Shown: in pieces, positions 54,740 through 64,000 of the stretch | Numbering within the stretch: position 1 is the stretch's first letter | How the letters are laid out: each line of letters begins with the position of its first letter | Translations under genes and position numbers: made by a program | DNA from: Mayamaea pseudoterrestris | Lineage: Eukaryota | DNA length: 64,000 nucleotides | NCBI GenBank assembly: GCA_027923505.1 | Contig: BROI01000024.1 | Location: 1 to 64,000 of the forward strand | Direction: 5' to 3' | Notes under the pieces: model-generated | Database searches by the model: none | What the model saw: the letters and a program-made list of their open reading frames with translations, nothing else | What the model was told of the DNA's origin: nothing

Positions 54740-55816
54740 TTAGGGAAGTGAAACAAAGTTATGATCGAACGTGCCGTCTCCTCGCACTCTAACGATGCGC
54801 ATGCCCCTTGAATCCTTTGGCTCGTCAAAGTCACTGGGGATTCCAGAGGAATGAAAGGTCAGCGAGAGACTGGACGTGACAATCATGTCCATATCAAACG
54901 AAGAGCGTGAGACAAGGTTTTGGTGAAAGTGTCCTGAAAAGCAAGCTGTGACGTTGTACTCTTCGAACAGTTCCATGACTCTTCTTCGATATTGCATGGG
55001 AACATGAAAGTAAGCATCGTCAAAACCTTTACCTTCACCCTCCCATTCAGATGGACGCGGCGAAATGCCAGTCAAGTCTTTGGCGGTTTCATGCTCATCA
55101 TACAAGAACCATGGGTGGTGTCCAAACACAAAAATATGACTAGGCTGCTGCTTGGAAACACTTGCAAGTCGATCTTCCAACCAGGCGAGCTGCTCGCGAT
55201 ACAAACTCTCCGCACCAGTCGGATCCCAAAAGAGGGATGTATTCAAAACAATATTGTAGGTTCGCTTGACCCAAAAGGCCAAGTAGTCATCTCCAAACGC
55301 ATTAACGAACCGTTCGATTGTTGTTTTCGTTGGCCGATTTCCAACGTCATGGTTTCCGCAGACGCATACTAATGCAATATCTGGATGAAGGCTCTCCCAC
55401 GTTGCTTTCCAATCGTCATTCTGCAAGTCTTGAATGCGATTGCATTCATCCTCTCCATGCTCGGCCGCATAGTAACTAGCCACCATGTCAACCAGATCAC
55501 CACAGACGCAGCAAAACAGCGGACGTGGTTCGAGCGCATTGATTGCTTGAATGGCTTGCCTGCTATATTCCAACTCCGTTTGCCATTCCTTGTTGAGCGA
55601 CGTCATTCCAATTGTGTCGGCGCAAACGACAAAGGTAAATTCGTCAGTGTTGCCGCTGATGATGATGTTGACATTTCTGTCGTTATCCTTTTCCTGCGTT
55701 ATTTCGTCATTCGGCTTGTCATTCTTTTCGTCGAAAGAGTGATGCTTGGCGATGGTCGGATGATTCAGCGAGCGATTCCGCTGAGATGCTGCGTAGCGAG
55801 GGTTATTGGAGCTCAT
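54740..55816 (-). CDS. Calcineurin-like metallophosphoesterase (CPPED1-like)
   Basis: AD, CGDLVD, CGNHD, FGHHP, SGHFH metal-binding motifs. Confidence 0.87.
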   Translation of the reverse strand: MSSNNPRYAASQRNRSLNHPTIAKHHSFDEKNDKPNDEITQEKDNDRNVNIIISGNTDEFTFVVCADTIGMTSLNKEWQTELEYSRQAIQAINALEPRPLFCCVCGDLVDMVASYYAAEHGEDECNRIQDLQNDDWKATWESLHPDIALVCVCGNHDVGNRPTKTTIERFVNAFGDDYLAFWVKRTYNIVLNTSLFWDPTGAESLYREQLAWLEDRLASVSKQQPSHIFVFGHHPWFLYDEHETAKDLTGISPRPSEWEGEGKGFDDAYFHVPMQYRRRVMELFEEYNVTACFSGHFHQNLVSRSSFDMDMIVTSSLSLTFHSSGIPSDFDEPKDSRGMRIVRVRGDGTFDHNFVSLP

Positions 55817-56147
55817 CAAAGTATATGATCTAAAACCTGAACATAGATTGATTCTTATAGAGATGCTGGGCGCAATGAGTTTCTTGTTTTGCTGGCTGTA
55901 AGACCTTTCTTGTCGCATATGTCGCGGTGGCTACGTATTCGTTGGCGATCCAAAAACATTTACGCGGCATCACTTCCCTTGAGGTGCGAAGACGCGGTGC
56001 GACAGACTTTTCGAGCTGCTGCGGCGGAACCTCTTCGCGCTTTCTTGCATTGCATCACAATCAATTCGGAGTGCTTACTCTTGGCCTACATTCAGCTTGT
56101 ACCTTCTCCTTTTTTCTTAACGCATCTATCAACAAAAGATCATTATC

Positions 56148-57107
56148 ATGTCATCTGATATGACAGCCATGGGCTATCTCCGAGCCGCCCGCGAATGGGC
56201 CATGCCAACCCTCAAGGAATCCGCCTTTCTTTCCAAGGGCGTTTTGACGCCGCAGGAGTTTGTGCGGGCCGGTGACGAACTCGTCTTTCGCTGCCCAACG
56301 TGGCAGTGGGAGAGTGGAGATTCCAAGCAAGCAAAGTCGTACTTGCCGCCGGACAAGCAGTATTTGATTACACGCAATGTTCCTTGTCGTGATCGAGTTT
56401 CGACCATGGAACAAATGCTTGACATGCAGGCTGCAGATGGAGACGATGGCGAAGACTGGTTAGTCAGTCACATTATTCAGCAAGGCGAAAAGAATTTGGA
56501 GGATGAATTTGATATTTTGGATGAGACGGGTGAAGTAGTTGAAAAGACGCCAGAGCCTGAAAAGACAGCAGCCGAGGAACATGCGGAGGAAGCTGACGAA
56601 TATGCGGACATGGCTGACTACGAGGACGACAATGTCTTGAAGGACGATGCTGCAGTCGTTCAGCCGGAATTGGAGAATGACAATCTCGTTCGCGTTCGTA
56701 CCTACGACTTGAGTATTACGTACGACAAGTACTATCAGACGCCACGAGTTTGGATGGTGGGTCGATCAACCGAGGGACAGCCGCTTTCGGGCAAGGAAAT
56801 GATGGAGGACGTCATTACCGATTATGCCAACAAGACTGTCACGATTGAAGGGCATCCTCATGTTTCGGGACCGCATGCAAGCATTCATCCGTGTCAGCAT
56901 GCCAAGGTGATGAAGACGATTGTCAAGAATTTGACGCGTAAATCCAACAAGGCCGGCGACGGCGACGGCGACGGCGACGAAACGTTTGGGCCGTCGGTCG
57001 AAATGTACCTATTCATCTTTCTCAAGTTTGTCAGTTCCATGATTCCGACCATTAACTATGATTTTACCATGGATGTGCAGGCGTCGACGCAACAGGAATC
57101 AAAGTGA
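56148..57107 (+). CDS. ATG3: Autophagy E2-like enzyme Atg3
   Basis: GVLTPQEFV.AGD.LV..CPTWQW, RTYDLSITYDKYYQTPR, catalytic SIHPC, FLKFV..MIPTINYD. Confidence 0.96.
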   Translation: MSSDMTAMGYLRAAREWAMPTLKESAFLSKGVLTPQEFVRAGDELVFRCPTWQWESGDSKQAKSYLPPDKQYLITRNVPCRDRVSTMEQMLDMQAADGDDGEDWLVSHIIQQGEKNLEDEFDILDETGEVVEKTPEPEKTAAEEHAEEADEYADMADYEDDNVLKDDAAVVQPELENDNLVRVRTYDLSITYDKYYQTPRVWMVGRSTEGQPLSGKEMMEDVITDYANKTVTIEGHPHVSGPHASIHPCQHAKVMKTIVKNLTRKSNKAGDGDGDGDETFGPSVEMYLFIFLKFVSSMIPTINYDFTMDVQASTQQESK

Positions 57108-57144
57108 TTGCGCCGAACGTAGCATGATGTCTTTTTCGTATAAC

Positions 57145-58053
57145 TTATATATCAATATTCTTTGTGCCTCGTCTCTCTGAATCAGGTAGAAAGATCTCTG
57201 CCAACGTCTCCCACTCGGAGCAATCGCATCGACTCAACCGAGCGTCCATTTGTTCGACAGTATCATTAACATTTACAAATTCAGGCGCTTCGTTCGGCAA
57301 AACGTTTGCATGCGAGCCGCCCCACAGCACCATTAGCACGCATCCATCGCCTTTGGAAGCTGTAAAGGATTTGTGAATGCTTCCTACTTCGTTGACAAGC
57401 CAATGTCCTTGAGAAAGAGTCGCAAAGTGCCAAGGACGATCAAGTGTGCTCAAATTCGGTCCCTTGAGTTTAGATGCATCTTTGTCGTCAGATTGTATCT
57501 TGACAAACGTTCCTGTCAAAGGCTCGCCATCCAATCGCACCTCGTGCAGGGCTCCCTTGGCGCAGTAGATTAACTCCAGATTTGGATGTGCATGCAGCTG
57601 AAATTGGCAAGCTGGCGGACAAATCATGGTGGACCATTGCAAATGTCGGCCATTGGAAGTTCCTGTCGTTAGAAACTCGTAAAAGTCATTATGCAGCGTA
57701 TCGACTGTATGGTTTTCTAAAGCTTGCAAACACTCCTTCCATCGCTCCTGAATGGCGTGCATCTCCGGTTCCGTAAAGAATAAATGTCGGACCGTGTCCC
57801 CATTCAACACAATTTGGACTGGCTTTCTGGCACTAATCTCTTCCAAAACATGGTTTCCTTTAAGCAACTTGTACTTGTTCAAGAGGGCCCATCGTGCGCA
57901 TACTTGCCAATATTCTGGTCCATGCGACGTTTCAATGTGATGCGACTGAAGCATGTCGAGCAAATCTTGGCCGGCTGGCCATTCGCTTGGATCAAAATTG
58001 TCTGATTCCAGCTCGTCGAAGAAATCAATCTTGGCCGTCTCTCTAGTAGTCAT
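57145..58053 (-). CDS. Cupin-fold hypothetical protein
   Basis: FQLHAHPNLE (HxHxxxE) and LVNEVGSIHKS cupin-like metal motifs. Confidence 0.7.
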   Translation of the reverse strand: MTTRETAKIDFFDELESDNFDPSEWPAGQDLLDMLQSHHIETSHGPEYWQVCARWALLNKYKLLKGNHVLEEISARKPVQIVLNGDTVRHLFFTEPEMHAIQERWKECLQALENHTVDTLHNDFYEFLTTGTSNGRHLQWSTMICPPACQFQLHAHPNLELIYCAKGALHEVRLDGEPLTGTFVKIQSDDKDASKLKGPNLSTLDRPWHFATLSQGHWLVNEVGSIHKSFTASKGDGCVLMVLWGGSHANVLPNEAPEFVNVNDTVEQMDARLSRCDCSEWETLAEIFLPDSERRGTKNIDI

Positions 58054-58278
58054 GATACTGTACTGCCTTGACGGATAAGGACGTTGTAAGCAAATGATAA
58101 GGAGCGTCTCGATGATGGATGATGGATGATGGTTGATGGATCTTGAAATTCTGGCGCGCCAGCGCGGGTTCCGAAACTGCCGCGTGACGTCATGCGTCGT
58201 TCTTTCCTTCCTCGTCCATTTTCCATGCGACCATGGCGATTGCGACCTTTCGAGTCGCCAGCTACATCGTCGCTTGCC

Positions 58279-58806
58279 ATGATCTTCCTCGTCAAATCTC
58301 GTAAATGCATGGTGCTTCTAATACTGATGCTTCTATGTTTACAAAGTGAAAGCTTCATTTTTCGATCAGTCATTAATCTCAATCGACGAAACCAACAGAC
58401 TTCTCCATTGCAGTGCATTTGTATCAACTGCAAATGGGTAACTACTTGCGCCGCCTATCATTTCGTCGAAACCAAGCATGAGCAGCCGCACATGACGGAG
58501 AATCCATCCTTTGAACCTCGCGAAGGCAGCCCTACGATTCATGTCAACGTTCGCACTAGTCGATCCGACGACGACGATCAACGACGAGCCGAACTCCAAC
58601 GCATGTATCAGGAACATGAATCAGAAACAGAGCGAGCTCAAGCAAGACAGGAGGAGCATGGAGAAGCAACTTACGATTTGTCACCGCAAATTACCAACGA
58701 ATATGACGTGGTGGCGTGTGCGGATTTTGTGCAAGACGTTGGCTGCTGGATCCGCAACATGCCCGAGGAGATTCGACGAGCAAATCCAGACTTTGTTCCA
58801 AGCTAA
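58279..58806 (+). CDS. ycf34: Plastid-targeted Ycf34-like protein
   Basis: CICINCKWV..C..YHFVETKHEQPH...FEP...TIHVN...EYDVVACADF...G.W; presequence ...LLCLQSES-F; start 58279 or 58309. Confidence 0.82.
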   Translation: MIFLVKSRKCMVLLILMLLCLQSESFIFRSVINLNRRNQQTSPLQCICINCKWVTTCAAYHFVETKHEQPHMTENPSFEPREGSPTIHVNVRTSRSDDDDQRRAELQRMYQEHESETERAQARQEEHGEATYDLSPQITNEYDVVACADFVQDVGCWIRNMPEEIRRANPDFVPS

Positions 58807-58949
58807 ACTATGTTTCATTGAAAGTGCACGAGCAATCGAACACTGATTTAAAGCTAGAATAAATGTCTGAAACTGGCCCAGTCTCCGGTGTCGGCCAGAG
58901 GAACTGGGACATTGATTCTCAGGCAGCTCTTCGAATACAAGAGCCACTT

Positions 58950-59643
58950 TTAAATATCCTGAAAACGACATAAAGAGCACAGTTAGCAAGGAGTACATGT
59001 GCTGCAAACAGTAGAATGTCAATACACTTCGATAGTAAACGTACATCAAAGTCAATACCAATGTCATCATCGTCATCGCCTCCTGCCATGGCCATGTCGA
59101 CGGCAGTCTCGTTAATACGCGCCGTCTCGGGCAGCTCGCCATATTGCTTCAGGTTACGAGCTTCGTCGGCAGAATATTTGTGAACAATGTCCACCTTTTC
59201 GTCTTGAAAGTCACGCTTGGCAACCAAGACAATGTCACCCGCCGTGATCCAAACCTTTTTGCGCATCTTTCCTCGAATATGTCCCAGCCGAGTCACTCCG
59301 TCGAAACAAAAGCACTCGCATCGGCCGTTTCCAAGCATCTTGACAACCTGCGCGTACTCTTGACCTATAAGATGAATATAAAGTGCACGTTTGAGGCATG
59401 AAAATCTGATACGCATCAAGATCATGGGAACCCATTACGTTACTAGACGTACCGTCCTCTTTGAACTCGAGTTCTCGCTTGCTTTCTTCACCATCGCCCT
59501 TTCCTCTGCGTCGGTTCTTTCCTCCCTTTCCTATATAAGTATGCAAAGAGATGTGGCGAGCGGATGAGTACGAGCATTGTCAGAATGAAAGTGGCGAGCT
59601 CCATAAGGCCTGGACTAGAAAACGTACCTTTAGGCTTGGGCAT
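58950..59643 (-). CDS. eIF1A: Translation initiation factor eIF1A (4 coding exons)
   Basis: [16 protein letters not shown]...[18 protein letters not shown]...[12 protein letters not shown]...IDFD|DI*. Confidence 0.95.
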
Positions 59644-60011
59644 GATCAACACGCAAGCAGTTCGTAATCTGTGTTTTAATACTACTGGTGATTAGCTCTG
59701 TCTATAATGCAAACCAGCTGTCCATCTCATAGTCGATTGTCGTCGCTGCTCACCCGAAACGCAAAGGACGAAAACGGACGACCGCCAATCGCGCGACGAT
59801 GCATGCGGCACTAAAATGGGTCCTGAGCTGCCTACAAGCAGCGTCATGACTCGTGACTAAAAAGTTGCGCAACTTACCTGCTTACTAAAAGGATCGTCAC
59901 CGCTGCATACCGCTCGTTCCGCCAGCAAACAGTCGTCGCTTTGCACAGCCAACGCAAGTAAGCTTCTGCAACTGTTGTCGACAACTGATTTTATTATAAT
60001 TATCATCCATC

Positions 60012-60623
60012 ATGGGTATTAGTCGAGAAGGTCGCCACAAGCGCCGCCACACAGGTGGTCGCCGCGCGCAGTTCCGCAAGAAGCGCAAGTTCGAGCTCGG
60101 TCGTCCGGCCGCCATGACCAAGATCGGTGAATCTCGCATTCATCAAGTCCGTGGTCGGGGAGGCAACCTCAAGTTCCGCGCGCTTCGCCTTGATACTGGT
60201 AACTTCTCGTGGTCATCCGAAGTGTGCACGCGAAAGGTTCGTGTGTTGGATGTCACATACAATGCATCGAATAACGAGTTGGTTCGTACCAAGACGCTTG
60301 TCAAGGGAGCCATTGTTATGATTGATGCCCATCCTTTCAAGGACTGGTATGAGAGCCATTACGGAGTCAAGGTTGGAATCAAAAAGGCCGCGGAAGCCGA
60401 GACCACCGGTGAAGATCTTTCCTCCAAGTCGGAAAAGGTCCGCACCAAGCTCGAGAAGCGTCAAGCGACTCGCACACTGGAGCCATTCCTTGACCACCAG
60501 TTTGCCTCGGGCCGCATGTACGCCAAGATCACCAGCCGACCTGGACAAACTGGACGCTGCGACGGATACATCTTGGAAGGACCGGAACTTGTGTTTTACC
60601 AAAAGATGATGGCCAAGAAATAA
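60012..60623 (+). CDS. RPS8: 40S ribosomal protein eS8
   Basis: MGISR...KRKFELGR...[12 protein letters not shown]...[16 protein letters not shown]. Confidence 0.97.
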   Translation: MGISREGRHKRRHTGGRRAQFRKKRKFELGRPAAMTKIGESRIHQVRGRGGNLKFRALRLDTGNFSWSSEVCTRKVRVLDVTYNASNNELVRTKTLVKGAIVMIDAHPFKDWYESHYGVKVGIKKAAEAETTGEDLSSKSEKVRTKLEKRQATRTLEPFLDHQFASGRMYAKITSRPGQTGRCDGYILEGPELVFYQKMMAKK

Positions 60624-61420
60624 ATAGGCATTTACTAGCTCGCTTTACACCAACTTTTTGTTTTGTGTTTGTTCTGTTACGTCCTTCGAAATGAGTTTTA
60701 AGTTAGTATGACTCGTGGCAAAGTGCATTGGAACTATTCAATGGCAAGTTAGTAAGAAATAGGCTCTGTCAGACTGCCGGTACTTATCACTGGCTGCAAA
60801 CCGTAATAATACAGAATGCTGTAGAGAAGTCTTAAGAGCGTTAGAACTACCGGTGCAGTAGCTAACACCGTGTACATACATACTAAGGAGCCACTCATAC
60901 AGACGCGATAATTTCAGCAGGCCGTGTCCTCGACTACCGGTACATCATATCGGACCGGCAAGTTCTTTAAAGCAAACATTGAAACCGGAGTCGGAAGATG
61001 TCTGGAATGGGATTTCCTATCTCGCTACTTGGGAGTAGTTTCTGTATGGTACGTCTGGCTGGCAGGGCTCGTGACGGCGTGGCGAGGGCGTCTTGCTCTC
61101 TAAATTGCGTAAACAAGCTGACCAGCAAGATTAAGGTGGCACAAGCCCAACCTGGTCAACCAGTCCCTTCACTAGAGTGTATGATCTTGATAGTAGATAT
61201 TTCGGATCTTTCAATCATGATTTCGAAATGGAAAACACGATCGAACGCCAGCGCGCCGAATGGCAATTGTATTTAGATGTCCAGTCGTACCTACTTGAGT
61301 GAAAACTCTCACCTGGTCAATGAACATCTCGGATCCAGATGTCTCTTGAAATTGCACACAGCTGAAAGCAGCCAACACGAGAATCTCACACAAATCGACA
61401 AGCAACGCAGCAACTTCATC

Positions 61421-62425
61421 ATGAAGCTTACTGTCGCAGCTCTCCTGTTCTTGGCTACGGCCACGATGGCACTCGGTCAAATGGTAAGTTTGAATTGAAA
61501 GTGTTTGTCCAGCGGGATTTTGTAACTGCCGGCTGCTCGCTCACCATTCCACTCAACACAGACTGACGTGCGCATGCCCATGACACCTGAAGAACATGCT
61601 CGCAACCATCAGGGTTTCCATGATTTCTCCCAGTTCCAGCGCCACCAAGCCGCCCCACATGTCGCCAACCATCATGAACGTCGTCTCGCAAGCGTTGATA
61701 AGACGTTCACCGATAGCAAGGGTGCTGAAGTGTACGCATACTGGGAGAGCCCTGGGTGCGAAAACACGGACTTTATGAGCTCCTTGTCGCTCTACGCGTC
61801 AAGCTATAACTCGTCTTACGAGTCGAACGGCGTCAAGAGTCCCCCGTCGTCGCCGGAGGAGTACGGCGACTTGAGCATGGATATTTGGTCGGATTGCACG
61901 GAGGACACCGCTACGCACACGTACATGTACTTTAGCGGTTACGGCGGTGACATGATGTTCGATGTCAATAGCGACCTGTCCTTCGCCTCACTCACAACCA
62001 CGAGCGCAAACAGCACTTTTACAAAGGAATCCTGCACCAAGGTCTGCCATTTTCACAATTTTACCGACGATGATGCTGCCATGGGCGATGATGGCATTGT
62101 CTCATCAAGCAATGGAACCATAATTTCGGGCCCAATGGAACACTGCTACTTTGGCGGCAATTGCACGATCCTTTCGGTTTCGAGCGGTGCTGCGGAGTTG
62201 ACGGCTACTTGGACGGCGACGACAGGCCCCGCCAATTCCACTTCCATTTCCGTCTACAGCGACTCGGCCTACAAAACCCGCTCGTCCTCGTATGGCAAAT
62301 CCCGTAGCGCTTCGGTGTCGCTCAATGTTTTGGTTAACAAGAAGGCGATCAGCATCCCCTCGCAGGCCAATTTGACGGGCAGCATTTCCACTTCGAGTAG
62401 CAAGGATATCTACACGACGTATTAA
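61421..62425 (+). CDS. Secreted Ser/Thr-rich protein (intron 61484-61561)
   Basis: Signal peptide MKLTVAALLFLATATMALG; in-frame GT..AG intron; His-rich pro-region ending ERRL. Confidence 0.78.
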
Positions 62426-62883
62426 CTGAATGGTGCGGCGAATGATTGTTGACGCGCATGCATGTTTGAAATCAATTTTGACGTAGGATCCACAGCTTTG
62501 CATCACCTACCAATAACACTCAAATGAGATAATATCGTATACTCAATTGTAACTTTATGAACCTTTTCTTTCTTGTTCTCCGATGCTAGATCGCCGAGAC
62601 GACCAAGTCATGATAGCGTCCGTCGCAATGCCACTCGTGTGAAATCGTCGATTTGACTTGGCGACGAAAACAGCTAAATGCTTCGTCGAAGGCGTGCCGG
62701 CGCGACAGGAGCGAGAGCCAAGGATGCGGAAGAATGCGCCGAAACGGAAAGCTGACGGCCACTTGACGATCCAAAGAGTTGCTGCAACTGGCGGACCTCT
62801 GCTGTTCGTTATTGACGAGGAAGCAATACTCTAGTAGAATAACAAAAGATCTTTTAGGGAATGCGAAATTTGAGAGCTCGAGA

Positions 62884-64000
62884 ATGAGTAACGAAACAGC
62901 AACCAGCACGGCCGTCAACGACTCGCCCACCACAATCATTGAAGACACAAACGACGAAGGTATTGTTGTTTCATACAAGTGCAACTACCATGTCAAGACG
63001 GGAGCAATTGCCAGTAGCAATGGCAAGGAAATCAATAGCTTTTACGAAATGCTTCTTCCTTGTCGAGACGATCCGGAGGACGCCATGAGAACTGTCGCTT
63101 CCGAGCTTCTCGACTCGCTCGGAAATACCTTTGGATTGCTACCCGACGGAAGCGCCTGCACCATTCCGGACACGACCTTGGATGCTTGGGTCATTGGCGA
63201 AGCTTCCGCGCCAGCAGATTCAGTCGTTTCTCACATGGATTGCAGCAAACTGTCGATGGGTGACAATCAAGAGCTTTGTTGCATCGTTGTGGAAGCTCCC
63301 ATGACATTTTGGGTTAGCAGTACCAACTTTAAAGATCAAGACGTTTTGAAATATGTCGCTTCCGACTTGAATGCTGGAGCATTCACGTATCAGACTGCCT
63401 ACATTGGATCAATGATTCAGTATACAGGAAATGCCGGTACGGACCAAGTTCCTACGTTTCCGGACGACGATCCCGTCATTGCTGGCATTGCCAATTCGCC
63501 AAACACCAGCGCCAAGAATACCAAGTCTCCCATTACCATCCTTGGAGGCTTTCTAGTGGCAGCATTGGTCATTGTGGTCGTCTTTGGAATTGCTGTCGTG
63601 ACCATTCGTCGTCGGCGGCAAAATCGCAAGTATGCGCTCGAAGAAAAAGAGATGGCTGATAAAGATTCTCTAAAATACTCCAAGGATGATGACTCCATTG
63701 GGCACGTTTCATTTGACGTTGGCCAAGGAATTGCAAACATGCATCAGCTGCATTCGCGTGGAATGGCTACTACAGCAACAAGCAACTCCTTCGGTTTAGA
63801 CAATCCAACGGACGATTGCGAGCGTCCGCAGAGTTACACGTTTGATATTGCCAACAGTATGAAGAATCACATTATGAGTCAGTATGGAAGTAGCCCGGGA
63901 CGAGGCGGAAGCTATGGCCCTAATGGCACAGCGGCCTTTCCTCCATACGCCATGGAGGAGACATCGGATAGCGAAGTCGACTCGTGGGCGCAGACGGAAG
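62884..64000 (+). CDS. Single-pass membrane protein, runs off window end
   Basis: Open frame from ATG 62884 to 64000 (absent from the ORF track because there is no stop); TM ITILGGFLVAALVIVVVFGIAVVTI followed by RRRRQ. Confidence 0.75.
   Translation, partial: MSNETATSTAVNDSPTTIIEDTNDEGIVVSYKCNYHVKTGAIASSNGKEINSFYEMLLPCRDDPEDAMRTVASELLDSLGNTFGLLPDGSACTIPDTTLDAWVIGEASAPADSVVSHMDCSKLSMGDNQELCCIVVEAPMTFWVSSTNFKDQDVLKYVASDLNAGAFTYQTAYIGSMIQYTGNAGTDQVPTFPDDDPVIAGIANSPNTSAKNTKSPITILGGFLVAALVIVVVFGIAVVTIRRRRQNRKYALEEKEMADKDSLKYSKDDDSIGHVSFDVGQGIANMHQLHSRGMATTATSNSFGLDNPTDDCERPQSYTFDIANSMKNHIMSQYGSSPGRGGSYGPNGTAAFPPYAMEETSDSEVDSWAQTE

Noticed and set aside
55600..55625. CPPED1-like motif reads ADTIG rather than AD.Q.G
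   Set aside because: Single-residue difference; cannot distinguish natural variation from assembly error

Overview
Eukaryotic, intron-containing, gene-dense DNA of a secondary-plastid alga, almost certainly a diatom (bipartite plastid presequences with a SAF-AP motif, nuclear rps21/ycf34/Fd-nitrite reductase, CoDi-type copia element). The first ~12.2 kb is repeat DNA. A frameshifted Ty1/copia LTR retrotransposon (1-6491) abuts an array of ~31-32 tandem 169-bp monomers (6492-~12155), each with three inverted repeats. A ~371-bp non-autonomous non-LTR (SINE-like) element with a 13-bp TSD and (CAA)n tail is inserted in the array. From 12.6 kb on there are ~32 compact housekeeping or hypothetical genes, mostly in head-to-head pairs. 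The most notable observations are the palindrome-rich nucleosome-sized satellite, two unrelated retroelements inserted at the same part of its monomer, a non-canonical copia primer-binding site (possible half-tRNA-Asn priming), and a divergent TrpC-like protein. All family calls come from motif recognition by eye, not database searches.
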